Source: Octopus bimaculoides (Eukaryota). Taken from it: a stretch of 64,000 bases of DNA. Location of the stretch: the NCBI RefSeq assembly GCF_001194135.2, contig NC_068981.1:147698108-147762107 (forward strand), given 5' to 3'. Positions within the stretch are counted from its first letter, which is position 1; each line of letters opens with the position of its first letter. Positions 47,866-61,560 of the stretch are shown piece by piece. The position numbers and the translations under genes were made by a program. Under the pieces are notes generated by a model, which worked only from the letters and a program-made list of their open reading frames with translations, had not been told where the DNA came from and made no database searches.

Positions 47866-48989
47866 CTGTCTTAGAATGAGTATTTGATGCAATAAGAAAA
47901 ACAATTCCACCAAAAGTTGGAATTTATTTGGGAAAAATACTACAGAAAAATACATGGCTGTATTGGTTATTGAAGATCATTTTAAGGGTAATGCTCCAGC
48001 TTGGCCCTAGGTAGAATGACAAGATAAAACTAAAGAACATATAAAAGATGTTACTATTCTTGATGTAGTAACTTAGGTATTTTGGTGAAATGGCACTTCA
48101 TTTTAGCTAAGTGGACAGAGGTCTCTAAAATAATGTACTAAATCAAATATGATCTTGGAAGGTTTGTGAAAAATGAGATAATAATTTGTCAGATGAGAAA
48201 TATTAATTTTCAATAAATTTAGGAAGTTACCATGAATTAAATAAAACCTTATAGCAAATGAATATATATTGACTTTTTACATTGATGAAAGGTCGCAGAG
48301 GTATAGAAGGGGAAATGTAATATTTTTGTTTTAATAGCTTGATCTGGAAGAGGCTGTGTCCATAACTTTTGCAACACTGATAAGATTAGCACTATTAATG
48401 CTCCTGTTGAACAGTTGCAGTATGATGGCTGCAGAAATTCAATTCAACTTGTAACCAAAAATACTGTCTTCATATTTGTAAGCCAAATTATTTTCTGGGC
48501 CAGCATAACAGAATAAGAACATCCTACCCTTCTCTCACTTGCTCACACTCTTTCGCTTGTTTCCATACATGTTCTCACTGACACTCATATATACCCTTTC
48601 ATGTCTTTATCTCAGTTATTCTTTAATCTTTTGTCTACCAACCACCTCAGTAATATTTCTCACTTTCTCTTTGCTATTATTCTTTCTTCCTTCTGTTTCA
48701 CACATTGTTTTCTTCTCTCACAATGTTCTATGGAACAGTTCTGCACATTCATGTTTTAAAGGAAAAAAAATTGTCCATTAAATCAGAAATCTTTTAAGTG
48801 GAGAGTCTTTTAAATGAAGGGTTCTCTTTTGGAGTCAATACTATCTAGGATGGTATTGACTCCAATGACACATGACTTGCTTGTACATTCCATTTTTGGT
48901 TGGTTTCTATGGCTGGATGCTCTTTTAATTAGCAACCACTTTACTGAGTGTTAGATCTGTCATGAGCCCTAGGGCTAATAAGATTGGAG

Positions 48990-49230
48990 TCTAACCTAGT
49001 TTCTACCGAGTATAGGTGACTGAGATCATAACATTCTCTCCTGAACAGGTTGCCAATCTGTTACAGGGTTGACTTCTTAGCTATTGCTGGAACTTGTTTA
49101 CAGCTGAGTGGATTGGAGCAACATGTGATGAAGTGTTTTGCTCAAGAACACAATGCACCACGCAGTCTGAGAATCAAAAACCATGATCTTATAATAATGA
49201 GTGCAACACTCTAACCATTAGACTATGTGC
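48990..49230 (-). mobile_element. SINE-C
   Basis: cagctgagtggattggagcaac..ttgctcaagaacac..ctctaaccattag. Confidence 0.75.
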
Positions 49231-50145
49231 TGTTACCTGAATGTATTGGGTGTATTTATTGTAGTATCTCAGTGTATTTACTGTGGCATCAGCACTGTAG
49301 AGGATATCATGTCTTTAGCAAAACTAAAGGGTCCTCTTGATCTTATATTGTCTCTGCATGTTCACCAACCATTTTGCAGCGTACTGGGTACATGCATTTT
49401 ATCATGGTACCAGGACTCGTAAAGTTGCCTTGTCTACTGTAAGACCAAAGAGTCTTCACAACATTGTCATGTGTTTATTTGCTCATTTCAACATAACTCA
49501 AAAGATGGATGAGAGAGAGAGAGAGAGAGACAGAGAGAGACAGACAGACAGACAGACAGAGACAGAGAGAGATGGGGAGTTATAGAGGTGGATATTGGCA
49601 AGAAAGAGTGAAAGAGGGTGTCAGTATGCTAAAAAAAAAAAAGACAGAGAGATAACTGGCAGCACAGAAGTGATGGTAAGGGGTACTGGGTACTACCATC
49701 CTTAGTTACACCTGTAGTATAATACAGTGAATAGAAGTGAAATAAGCAGTAGAGAGACAAGTGATAAAGAGATGTGATGACAGAAGGATGTGTGATAGAG
49801 AAAGTATGTTGTAAAAATGTGTGATACAGAGACTGTGGACACAGCAGATGTAGAATTGATATATTGGTTGAAAACCCAAATGGATATGCATCATGTAAAC
49901 ATATATCTAAATATTAGAGGCCACCCAGCCTCTGTCACAATCATCACTTTTAATGTTCCATTTGCCATGCTTGCATGGGTGTTAGGGTCTTTTCCAGTGC
50001 AGTATGTTAGCAATCCACTTGGCTCTTTATCATCTCCTTAGTGAACTGCAAAATCTTGAGACCAGATTCCACCACTTCATCTTCCTCTTTCATAGATTCC
50101 ATTAACTTAGAGTTCTCAGCCCATTTTTGAAACACCTATCATATA

Positions 50146-50437
50146 TTGGGTCATCGCATAAATAATGTGATTTTTACAAGTGCATGAACTAAGAGTTAGA
50201 GAGCGACAGGATAAACTACCTGCATCAACTTGCTATAAAAGCAGGTAGTAATTTTACCTTGTACTTATACTTTGTGCAAGTTTTGAAGAGTGCAGTTCGA
50301 TTTTAACAGTTATTTTTTCAAAGCTATAATGGAAGTGACAAAGGAGCATATTCAACATATTTTGCTTTAGGAGTTCAATAAAGGCAATAACACAATGGAA
50401 AGTGTGAGAAATATTAATGCAGTATATGGGGATCAGA
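50146..50437 (+). mobile_element. mariner 5' fragment (TIR plus transposase start)
   Basis: TA then ttgggtcatcgcataaataatg; ATG at 50329, MEVTKEHIQHILL*EFNKGNN..RNINAVYG. Confidence 0.8.
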
Positions 50438-50439
50438 CT

Positions 50440-51150
50440 AAAAGGTAGATTGTATAATGCTTGTGTATGAACAGATATGTTACATGGTAAAAAAAAATTA
50501 AAATAAAAAAAAGGTAACGTTACCTTCTCAGGTCATGCTGACTCATAAGGGCTGGTTTCCTGGTTTCCATGGCATATAAATTCCCCACCTGGATGGGATG
50601 CCAGTCTGTCACAGGATTACTCATTTTTGCCAGCTGAGTGGATTGGAGCAACATGAAATGAAGTGTCTTGCTCAAGAACACGTGTTGCTAGGTCCAGGAA
50701 TTGAAACCATAACCTTACAATCATGAGTCCAACACCCTAACCACTAAGCTACATGCCTCCACATGCTACATGGTAGTGAAATATGAACCATGAATGCAGA
50801 AGACATGCGAAAACTGGAAAGAAATTAAGCTAGCATGCTCTGCTGATGTGTAATGTCAGCATGCATGTACAACAAAGTGGAAATGTACTAAGAGAAAAAT
50901 TGGGCATAAGAAGAATCAATATAGTGTGCAAGAGAGAAGACTGTACTTGTATGGTTATATTATATGTATGGATAAGGACAGCTGCATAGTGAAGCACCTA
51001 TCACTAAATATGGTTGAGACCCGTGAAAGAGGTAAACCTAGGAAGATGTAGGATGGAGCAGTAAAGACTGACATCAAGATATAGAGCCTCACAGAGATGA
51101 CAATGGACTGAGATAATAGGCAAAAAAAAAAGTGAGGTCCTATCTTGGCA
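50440..51150 (+). mobile_element. RTE-1 C-terminal coding remnant split by SINE-C
   Basis: RLYNACV..MLHG / LHGSEI*TMNAEDMRKLERN..RGKPRK. Confidence 0.82.
50490..50762 (-). mobile_element. SINE-C with ~13-bp TSD
   Basis: atgttacatggta (50477-50489) / atgctacatggta (50763-50775). Confidence 0.85.
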
Positions 51151-51724
51151 ACAAAAATAAAAGGTCCCAAAAACATATCACTTATGTCTATTCCTCCTCC
51201 ACCCAAACTATCCCTATCAAGTTTTCCCCACAACTCCTCTTCCTAACACCCATCTGTCTATCACTCTTCCAACTATAACACTACTTATTCAACTGTTATA
51301 ATTATATGAGAGCAAATTTGAACATATTTCTTCCACCTTTTGTCTTATCTCTTCCTGTTACTCACTCCACCTTCTCAAGATTATCTTTTACTACTTTCTT
51401 CTCGAAAGAATTCCCTTTTCCCTTGAACATCATTTCATATTTGCCATTGGCAGCCCCCACCACCATCTTCGCTCGTCATTTACTATATCCACTCCTATAT
51501 ACTTCTGACCTCCATCCCAGTCACTGTGCCCTCCCCCTCTCTTACCCCATATTTCACATCATTTCCCTCTTCATCATTTGTCTGTGGTTTTATACTGCTG
51601 TTCACCTACTTCCATTTATGCTGTCATTTATCACCTCCTCCTTCCTGACCCACTCATATTTCTTTCACCTTCCCCCACCTACAACTGATAATACATCTCC
51701 CACTCAGTCAAGGAGTCTTGCCTT

Positions 51725-51940
51725 GAAAGTTACTTGGTGACTTCACCAGTGCCAGTGTCGCAAGAAAAACGTCCAGTGCACTCTGTAAAGTGATTGGCAT
51801 TAGGAAAGTCATCTAGCCATAGAAACTATGTTAAAGCAGAGGCAGACATTGATGCTTGAGGCAGTCCTCTGGCTTGTTGGATCCTGTTGAACAATGCAAC
51901 CCATGCCAGCAAGGAAAATGAATGTTAAAAGATGATGACA
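51725..51940 (+). mobile_element. RTE-1-type 3' end
   Basis: ctctgtaaagtgattggcattaggaa..caacccatgccagc..gttaaaagatgatg. Confidence 0.75.
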
Positions 51941-52304
51941 TATGTCTGGAGTTGATAGTATACTCAGAACCACTTTAGCAGTATAGCAGGCCCCCAGGTA
52001 AATCACAGCATCAAACCCTTTTGTATTTATTGACAGCAAACCACAACATGCATAGGTCAGAATTGAGCCCCAAGATTTGTAGGGCCCCTAAGCAACTGTC
52101 CCATATACTCAGTTCCTTAAGACAGCTCTGGGTTCACTCCTTTACAAGTTTGAGTATTGATGAAGTGAATAATTAGACTTTATGTATTGAGTACTTTTTC
52201 TTCATTCATATACTCAGACAAACAAGTGTGTTCGTGTGTGTGCTTGTGGACGCATGTTTGCATGCATATATATATATATATACATATATCAGAAATGACC
52301 ACTC

Positions 52305-52472
52305 GTAAGGCCTCCATGACGGTGGAGTTACGATTTTAGGAGGACGATTGGGACCACATGGATGAGGAAGGCGCGATCCAGAGAGGAGTGGACAGTGTGC
52401 TGTGACCAACAGTATCAAATGGACACCCAACGGACTGGTCGGTCAAGGTGATATATATATATATATATATAN
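52305..52472 (+). mobile_element. 3' end of a third RTE lineage with (TA)n tail
   Basis: RPP*RWSYDFRRTIGTTWMRKARSREEW..* resembles the RTE C-terminal GRP..RW.D....W...A..R..W motif. Confidence 0.7.
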
Positions 52473-52987
52473 NNNNNNNNNNNNNNNNNNNNNNNNNNNN
52501 NNNNNNNNNNNNNNNNNNNNNNNNNNNNNNNNNNNNNNNNNNNNNNNNNNNNNNNNNNNNNNNNNNNNNNNNNNNNNNNNNNNNNNNNNNNNNNNNNNNN
52601 NNNNNNNNNNNNNNNNNNNNNNNNNNNNNNNNNNNNNNNNNNNNNNNNNNNNNNNNNNNNNNNNNNNNNNNNNNNNNNNNNNNNNNNNNNNNNNNNNNNN
52701 NNNNNNNNNNNNNNNNNNNNNNNNNNNNNNNNNNNNNNNNNNNNNNNNNNNNNNNNNNNNNNNNNNNTGTATGGATATATATACATATATGTCCAAACTC
52801 CACAGAAGACTCAATACACATAATACAGACAACTGTAGAGTAAATATTTATAACGGACTTATTTGCTTTTGAAGAGACTATGTTTCCATGCTATTGTAGG
52901 ATTCACCTGATTAACCCTAGAAGAGGGTAAAAGCATAGTCACTTTGCAAAAACAAATATCTGTATAAATGTATATATATGTGTATAT

Positions 52988-53073
<86 letters not shown>

Positions 53074-54419
53074 GCGTGTGTGTATGTGCGTGTGAGTGCG
53101 TTCTTCCATTAGTGAAAGGTTTTCAGATAATGCTCTTGAAGGCTTCAAGAGCATTATCTCTATGAAAACCTTTGGCTAATGGAAGGATGCTTTTAGTGAA
53201 ACTTAAAGCTAAGCAATGTAACATCAGTATTATTGTTTGTTACGAATCTATAAATAATGCAACTGATGAAAAGAAAGATTCTTTCTACCAATTATTGCTA
53301 AACAGAATTGATAGTATAACAACAGGATCTATGAAAATTTTGATTGGTGAGCTAAATGTGCAAGCTGGCAGTAGCAACGAAGGTACAGAACAAATAATAA
53401 TAGGCATACGAGGGCTTGGAACTGCTAAGATTAATCATACTCTATAGCACCAACAATCTCATCATAGGAGCAAGTATGCTTAAAGAAAATCATAGGCCTC
53501 TGGGTAAAGCCCTTAATGGGAGCTCATACTTGCATGATCACAGCATGTTTAGATCAGCATTGGCCCCTAGGTAACTATCTAATGTACCCAAACTTTAAGA
53601 TGATATTGCATAGGAGGTACTCTCTTTAAAAACAAAGCTGTTATTCATACAGGTAGTAGGATCTCTCCAGATAAAAATGTATTGTTATCAAATAGATCAT
53701 ATTTTGATAAATTAGTAATGTAAGAAATAACTGCCAAGCACTAGAACATATTGAAATGTATACATCAAAAATGACCATTAGTAGTGTTAGGGACGATTCA
53801 CATGAAACTGAAGGTCAAGGAAAAGAAGAAAAGGTTTACCAAGTTTGATTGAGAAAAGTTCAAAGATAATAGAGTAAAGGATGAAATTGTAATTGAATGT
53901 CAAAATCGATTTGGAATGCTAGAAGCTCTAGATGAAGATGTATACATCAATAGCATGTGGAAGAATTAAAGAAGGAATATCAGAATGTAGTGAAGAGTGA
54001 TCTGGGTTGAAGAAGAAAGATAAAAAAAGAAGAAATGGATTTCAGATAAAACATGGAAAGTTATTGAGGCATGAAAGGAACAAAAGCAAATTTTGAAAAT
54101 TAGAGAAGGAATAAGACAGACCTTAAAGTGGGAATAGCTAAATACTGGAGTCTCAATAGGGAGGTGAAAAAGTGTTGAAGAAGAGATAAAAGAAGGTTTT
54201 TGTAAGTGAAAGATAATGAAGTAGATAAACTGTTCTATGCAAGAGACAAATGAGGAGTCAGCAGTTGTTAATGAAATAATAGACAAAATTTCAGACAAAT
54301 AGATCAAAAAGGCCACCTGTGTTCAGTATTTCTGGAGAAATACTCTGATAATATCTTTACTACAAGTGAAGCTGGAAGTAACTGTACATGAAATATCTGT
54401 TGAAGCAATATTACAAGCT

Positions 54420-54790
54420 ATGACTGTATGTTTAAAAAGTTATCTTTGAAACCAAATGGTTTTGGGTTCAGTCACACTGTGCAACACAATGGACAAATGA
54501 CATCTACTATAGTCCCTGGCTGGACAATGTATTGTGAGGGAATATTGTAACTCTGGGAATATGGTAACTCTGCAGAAAGCCCATTGTGTGTGTGTGTGCT
54601 TGTGTGCACGTGCTGTCTCTCACTTTTAAGTTCTCTATGTTAGCAGTTCAACACAAATAGTGACCAAAAGAATAAATATCAGACTTTAAAAAATAAGTAC
54701 TGGAGTTGATTGGATGCATTAAGCCCTTCAAGATTGTACCTAATTATGGCTGTAGCCAAATAATCAAGATAGGAAAAGAGTAAAGTAAAA
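54420..54790 (+). mobile_element. SINE-A, degraded
   Basis: ttttgggttcagtc..gcagaaagcccattgtgtg..aaaataagtactgg. Confidence 0.7.
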
Positions 54791-55049
54791 AAACAGCACA
54801 GCTTCTGAATCGGAAAGAATTGCAGGAAAAATGCCAAAAACAGAGAAGCATATATGACAGCAAGAATGTTACTGAATCAGTTTCATAATATATGGAATAT
54901 AAAAAGGATACCTAAAGATTTGAAGTTTAGTGCAATGACTAAGATACCAGAAATGGTGTGTTTCAGAGAGTGTGACATGAGAAGGAATATAATCTTCTGC
55001 AGCTTTGAGTAGAAAATGTTCTGTCTGGTTACTTTGAATAGGATATATA

Positions 55050-55262
55050 TGAAAGAGTGCTGAAAAGTTCCTGGCTTTAAGGATATTGCAAAAGACCAGA
55101 CTGGAGGTCAAACCTTCTGAGTTCTTTTACAGGGCTTAGGAAAACTGAAGGACTGCTGCAATAAGTGAAGCTGAGATGGGAATATGAGGAATAAAATCCT
55201 AATTAACTGATTCTCCGGTATTTTCTTTTATCCAGAGCCAGGAACTTTTCAGCACCCCTTCA
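55050..55262 (+). mobile_element. mariner-derived MITE, copy 2, TA TSD
   Basis: TIRs tgaaagagtgctgaaaagttcctggcttt / agagccaggaacttttcagcaccccttca. Confidence 0.88.
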
Positions 55263-56224
55263 TACTGCATTGGAAAGTATACTAAGAGATGAACATGTAA
55301 GCTTCCATCTATTATAAGATTGTAGTGATTAACTATCATTGCTCAGGCATATTATACAACAGTATGTTTATTTCAGACAACTTTTGTTAATGGCTTTTGT
55401 GAACTGCGGAATGATTTTTGGTAGTGTACATGTTGCTACAACTTGAAAGGTACCATGCTGTTAGGGTATGCTTGAAAATATATAAATCTAGTAGGTACAA
55501 TAAATAGAGAAAATAAGTTTAAATCAAGCGCAGATGATCAGCTTTCAAGTGAATCTTAACTTGGGAGTGGAGTACAGCATGCAGGTATTGTTGTTTTCCC
55601 TCTCTGTTTGTTGTAATAAACTACAAAGGAAACAGTCATAAATGGAAGAGATGGGATTGAATGGATTTATGGAAATTGTTTGTCAGATCGCAATTATGCT
55701 AATGACATTGTATTGCATAATAATGGAATATCAAAAATACAAAGAATGACATACAAGCATACAAGCTTAATGAAATAAGCAAAGGTGTGGCCTCAAAGAC
55801 AAGCATTAATAAAATGGAAATTATGAAGACTGAGCAAACAGATAGAAGAAATGTGTTGTTAAATGGGCATATGCTGGAAAAGTTAAATGAATTTAAATAT
55901 CTTGGAACTTTTATAGAAAGTGATGGCTCTGCAGAAATTGGATTTAATGAAAGATTTAAGAAGACAAGTCAAGTGATGGGAATACTTTCCAATGTGCAAA
56001 AATCACATAGACTGGTGATTCATATGAGATTAAACTGTGTACATCACTAGTAAAATGTGTTCTAGTATGTGGCAATAGGTATGGGATAGCAATGAAAATA
56101 AAGCCAATCATTTTAGGGTCTTGAGAATAAAGCATTAAAAAGAACCTTCCAGATAAATGGAATGATTTTGTGACAAATACAATAGTTTGAAATGTAGAAA
56201 GTACCATATAAAGACGAAGAATTT

Positions 56225-56421
56225 ATACTTTCAGATTTTGGCACAAGGCCAGCAGTTTTCAAAGAAGAAGTTTAGCTGATTGCATTGACTTCAGTGCTTG
56301 CTTGGTACTTAGACAAAGTTGACCTCATCAGGATTTGAACTCAGAATGCAAAGAGCTGGAAGTTATGCTAAACATTTTGTCTTGTCTAACTTGCTAACAA
56401 TTCTGCCAGTTTACCACCTTA
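56225..56421 (-). mobile_element. SINE-B
   Basis: ttggcacaaggcc..gatttgaactcagaa..gccagtttaccacctt. Confidence 0.8.
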
Positions 56422-56887
56422 ATACAAGGAAATAATGAGGGGGAGATAGCAATAGTTAGGCCATAAGTTTCAGTCCCAGCCTGAAAACTGACAAATACAT
56501 CAAGCAATAAAATCGACAGTCCAAGGTATTAGAAGAAGAGCTAGGCCTAACTGGCAAAACACAGAAAATGTTAAGAGAAAGAAGGGATCAAAACTGGGTA
56601 GTGAATGACCAGAAGCACAGAATGAATATATGAAGGTCCATTACATCAAGTATCACTGGTATCAGTAACACAATATTTGTATTTGTATATAAAATGATAG
56701 CATGCAGATTTAATATTTTGTTTCAATCTTCATTATTATTAGATTGATTTTTAAAGTGAAAGTGTTTAAATATATTGTTGCAAACTGCAATATGTATCTT
56801 ATGATATATTATAAATGTTTCGTGATGTCACTGCATCTTTAATTATCCTTTGACTCCTACTTAGTTTTAAATATATATATAAATATA

Positions 56888-57415
56888 TCATCATCATCGT
56901 TTAACATCCGCTTTCCATGCTAGCATGGGTTGGACGATTTGACTGAGGACTGGTGATCCAGATGGCTACACCAGGCTCCAATCTGATTTAGCAGAGTTTC
57001 TGCAGCTGGATGCCCTTCCTAACGTCAACCACTCCAAGAGTATAGTGGGTGCTTTTACGTGCCACCGGCACGAAGGCCAGTCAGGCAGTACTGGCAACGG
57101 CCATGCTCAAAATGGTGTATTTTACGTGCCACCTGCACAGGAGCCAGTCCAGCGGCACTTGGCAACGATCTCACTTGAATGACTTTTCACGTGCCACCGG
57201 CACAAGTGCCAGGAATGCGAAGCTGCGGCACAAGTGCCAGGAAGGCAACGCTGGGAACGATCACGCTCGAAAGGTTGTGCCATCACAATTTTGCTTTCGT
57301 TTACCCCAACAGGTCTTCGCAAGCAGAGTTTAGTGTCCAATGGAGGAGACGTTGGCATGGGGGCCAGTCGTCGAATTTAGTTCGATTTCGATTTCACTTG
57401 CCTCAACAGGTCTCG
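56888..57415 (-). mobile_element. RTE-1 3' UTR, long and well preserved
   Basis: Tail plus several acgtgccaccggcac units. Confidence 0.9.
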
Positions 57416-57789
57416 GTGTAAAGAGAGAGGGGTTAATTAGAGATTAAGATAGCTAAAGACATACTGATGTCCTAAATTCTGCTACATATTCCTACACCTC
57501 CTTCATCCTCTGATTGTACAGTTTTAATTTAGTCCTCACATACAACCACAACTTTCCACTCTAACTTTTCTTTCTCTATCACAGACACACACACACACAC
57601 ACACACACTAACATGCATTTACCTCACCTTTCATTTCTAATCCCCACTCTGCAGCTCTTTCTCGTTCTCTCTCTTTCTACATACTCTATCTCTCACTACT
57701 CACTGTTCCTCTCACTCTCATTCTTTCCCTCTCTAGCAGTATCTGTCATTTCTTCTCCCACTTTAACCTTCAAACCAGCCTCGAGTGAA

Positions 57790-58100
57790 AACACCTAAGA
57801 TCAAATATCTTCTAGCTGTGACCATCTTGTCTTTTTTTATCTGAGTTGTGTGCATGCAGGATTACATTATCCGATGTGTCCATCCACTTTTAAGATGGTA
57901 GGGTAAGTGTGATATGAAAGAGAGATTTGATTGAAGTTTCTAGCAACTTGAGTAACCACAAAGTGATCCCACTCCCTCTACAACTGAACTGTGGTTGTTG
58001 TTATTGTTGCTGAGCTCCAGGTCAAATCTGATTGATCAGAACTTTGGTTATAGATCTGCTTAACTCAGGCTTGACCTGGGGTTAAAGAACAACAACAGCA
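57790..58100. repeat. Rep-D copies in opposite orientations
   Basis: taagatggtagggtaagtgtga..; ttgacctggggttaaagaacaac. Confidence 0.65.
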
Positions 58101-58782
58101 ATATAACAATATTGGCAATAGTAAGTTACAGAACTTTAGAATTGAATGTCTCACTAGAAAACAAACATCTGTGCAATAACAGTACTACTGGAATGGAATC
58201 AATTTTATGTAGTTCTACCAACACTAACTACATCAACACCAGAGTAAGTTGCTCATTAGAAGCTCTTGTTCAGATGATGAGCTATTGTAAATATGGCAAT
58301 TTGTAAATAGTTTTCTTTCAATTCACAAATCATTGTTAGTATTCTTAACGAGAGAAAAAGAGAAAAGAGAAAGAGTGTGTACGTGTGGGAATCTTTGTAA
58401 ATCATTAACAGTTGATGAAATAATAAAGTCACAAACCTTATAGTTGTTACAGTTTAGCCCAAGGTTAGTTCTGAGGAAGTAGACCTATGATCTGTCAAAG
58501 TGTTACAGTCATAACCATAATGTTTTGTGTATGTGTGTATGCATGTATACATGTATGTGTGTATTCTTTTGCAGCTATCATGCATCTTATGCATGTCGTC
58601 ATGTATCATATGCTTTTACAGCATGTTGATAACATTACAATGAAAGTCTTCCTGATTAAGTGTGAGTTCTCCCAACGGATGAAACATGAGTTCTCCCATC
58701 AGATGAAGCCATAACATTACTTCATTCTGATTTTCTCATATGACAGAGATATTAGGGTGGTTTGCTAGTACCTTCCAAACGA

Positions 58783-59018
58783 AGGCAGCGAGCTGGCAGA
58801 ATCGTTAGCACACCGGGTGAAATGCTTAGTGGTATTTTATCTGTCATTACATTCTGGGTTCAAATTCTGTCAACTTTACCTTTCATCCTTACAAGGTCAA
58901 GGTCCTGCCAAGGTCAACTTTGCCTTTCATCCTTACAACCCAGTCAAGTGCTGGGGTCAATGTAATTGACTAGTCCCCTCTCCACAAATTTTCAGGCCTT
59001 GTTCTTATAGTAGAAAGA
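58783..59018 (+). mobile_element. SINE-B with an internal duplication
   Basis: aaggcagcgagctggcagaatcgttagcac..; caactttacctttcatccttacaa-like segment twice. Confidence 0.85.
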
Positions 59019-59639
59019 CTATTACCTTCTACAGCTGGATGGTTGTTGGCCCACAAGGAGCTCAGCCACCCTTCAACAGATCTTGTCTTTAGTTTTGCTA
59101 GCTGTCCAGATATCCTCTTCACAAAAGTAGCAAGCTACTCAAGTGGGAAAGCTGGTTTAATTGTTGACCACTCAACCATGGAACAGGTAGTACTGGTTCA
59201 CATAGTACCAGTAGCAAGTTTCATCAGTCCGTGATGAGATCTCTGACTTGATTTATGCTATGTCAACTAATACAGTATTAAATATCATTATCTTTAATAT
59301 GGTAGGGCATAGTTTAAGGGAAATTTGTTTGCTATTATTAGGTCTAGTGACCATGTAGACATTTGTCCAGATTGTCCCATTTTACCCCATACAATTCCCC
59401 ATAGTTTGCTTTCAAAGTTGTTTACAAAAGCCACAAAAGGTCAAGCAGTGGAGTGAAACCACAGGATACAGGATAATTTCCAGCTTCAAACACAGAAACA
59501 GCGTATTTACAACAATACATCAAAAGGCTCCATTTAGTCATATGTTTGACTATCTGTGTGTCATAGGCCAGCTCAGTCAGAACTGCCTTAGGGGTATACA
59601 GCCTCATAGATGTTCCACTTTCTACTTTTGGATTAGAGG

Positions 59640-59915
59640 TGCAGGCATGGTTACATGATTAAGATGCTTGCTTTGCAACCAAGTGGTTTTGGGTTCAGTT
59701 CCATTGCGTGGCACCTTGGGTAGGTGTCTTTTACTATAGCCTCAGTCTGACCAATATCTTGTAAGTGAATTTAGTAGATGGAAACTGTGAGGAAGCCTGT
59801 CATGTGTGTGTGTGTGTGTGTGTGTATCCTTGTGTCTCTATTTGTCTTTTACTCCACTGCTTGAGCTCAACAACCAGTGTTGGTTTGTTTACATTCCTGT
59901 AACTTAGGTAGTTTT
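59640..59915 (+). mobile_element. SINE-A with internal (GT)n
   Basis: gggttcagttcc..ggcaccttggg..gtgaatttagtagatggaaactg. Confidence 0.82.
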
Positions 59916-60123
59916 TAATACCTGTTTTCACTTCAAATAAGTACAAAAAACTATGAAAATTATATTTTAACTCTCTTAGAGTATGAAAATGAAGACAAAA
60001 GAACAATAAAATCATTTGAGATTCCGGTATTATTGTTGTCAAATAAACTTTCAAATGGAGAAAGAATGGTGCATTTTTTCCATTCAGAGCAAGTTGAAGC
60101 ATCACTTTCTGTTGTGGTATCTA

Positions 60124-60163
<40 letters not shown>

Positions 60164-60822
60164 GTGGTGGTGATGATGATGGTCATCATCATCAACAACA
60201 ACAACAACAACAACAACAACAACCACCACCACCTTATCTAATGATGGAGGAAAGTCAGGAAAAACTTCATTGCTGTATAAATATTCCATTTGTAATTGAT
60301 TTCTCATATCAATAAGGGCTGCTTACATTTAGGTGCTTTTGATGAAGTAGACACTTGGGCATCAATTGATGATAGCTGGAGCTATAGAGAATTTTTGAAA
60401 CATCAATTGATGACATCCACTGTTCTCTAACAGATCATCAGTTAATGATATCTGCCATTTAAGGCTTGAAACCATTACCTTCAGTAGACTAGGATCAAAT
60501 GTAGAAGAAATTTATTTCTCATGCATTTAAAATCATAAAAAAGTGGAGCTAAACATCAGCCCTTAGAAGCTAGTGGGACTCATTGAGGCATTTAGGGTTT
60601 TTACTCCACCTCTACAACATTATATATGCAGTTAGAGTGTAAAATAAAGTCAAGTACAATGAAATGCTGAGGTCAGTGGCCTATATCTCTGTCCACCCCT
60701 TCACCACCACCCCATGACTGTATCCCTTGAAGTTCAAGTGCTGTGTAGTCAGTCATGGTTATCGTTGATTACAGAAGTGTCAAGGAGAAAAAAAAAATCT
60801 CTTACCATGACTTGGCAAATGA

Positions 60823-60837
<15 letters not shown>

Positions 60838-60860
<23 letters not shown>

Positions 60861-61560
60861 TTAGCATCCATTGTCCATTCTGGCATGGGTTGGACGGTTT
60901 GACCAGGGCTGGTAAGGTGAGGGGCTGCACCAGACACCAGTCTGATTTGGCATGGTCTCTATGGCTGGATGCCCTTCCTAACACCAACCACTCTGAGAGT
61001 GTAATGAGTGCTTTTACGTACCAGTTGCATGACACCAGTATCTGCCACAACTATGATTTCACTTGGCTTGATAGATCTACCTTCTCAAGCACAACATATT
61101 CTTTTCTAGTCTAAGCACAAGGCCTGAAATTTTTGGGGAGGGGGCCAGTCGATTAAATTGACCCCAGTATGCAACTGGTACTTAATTTATCAACCCCGAA
61201 AGGATGAAAGGCAAAGTTGACCTCGGTGGAATTTGAACTCAGAACATAAAGACAGACGAAATACCACTAAGCATTTCACCCAGTGTGCTAACGTTTCTGC
61301 CAGCTCGCTGTCTTTCAAGCACAACATATTACCAAAGGTCTCAGTCATTTGTCATTGCCTCCATAAGGCCCAACACTCAAAAGGTGCCTTTTATGTGCCA
61401 CTGGCACAGATGCTAGTTTTATGTCACTGGCATCAACCACATTGCCTCTGTGAGGTCCAATGCTCAAAAGGTGCTTTTTACGTGCCACTGGCACAGGTGC
61501 CAGTTACATGACACCGACAACATCCACAGCTATGATTTCACTTGGCTTGACAGGTCTTCT
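60838..61560 (-). mobile_element. RTE-1 3' UTR split by SINE-B
   Basis: (CAT)n tail at about 60825-60860; UTR subunits resume after 61330. Confidence 0.8.
61101..61314 (-). mobile_element. SINE-B, young, 16-bp TSD
   Basis: TSD tcaagcacaacatatt (61085-61100, 61315-61330). Confidence 0.92.

Larger units (their letters stand above)
53165..56640 (+). mobile_element. Old RTE LINE, second lineage (APE plus RT remnants), with several insertions
   Basis: NGRMLLVKL..ISIIVCY..DEKKDSFY..LIGELNV (APE); KWISDKTW; GIEW..NYANDIVL (YADD motif decayed); LEKLNEFKYLG. Confidence 0.8.

Noticed and set aside
59043-59607. Two ~60-aa ORFs in moderately GC-rich sequence
   Set aside because: No motif recognised on either strand; probably an unrecognisably old repeat.
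60325-60385. Minus-strand 55-nt AG..GTAAGC segment open as LQLSSIDAQVSTSSKAPK
   Set aside because: Low-complexity peptide with no independent support.
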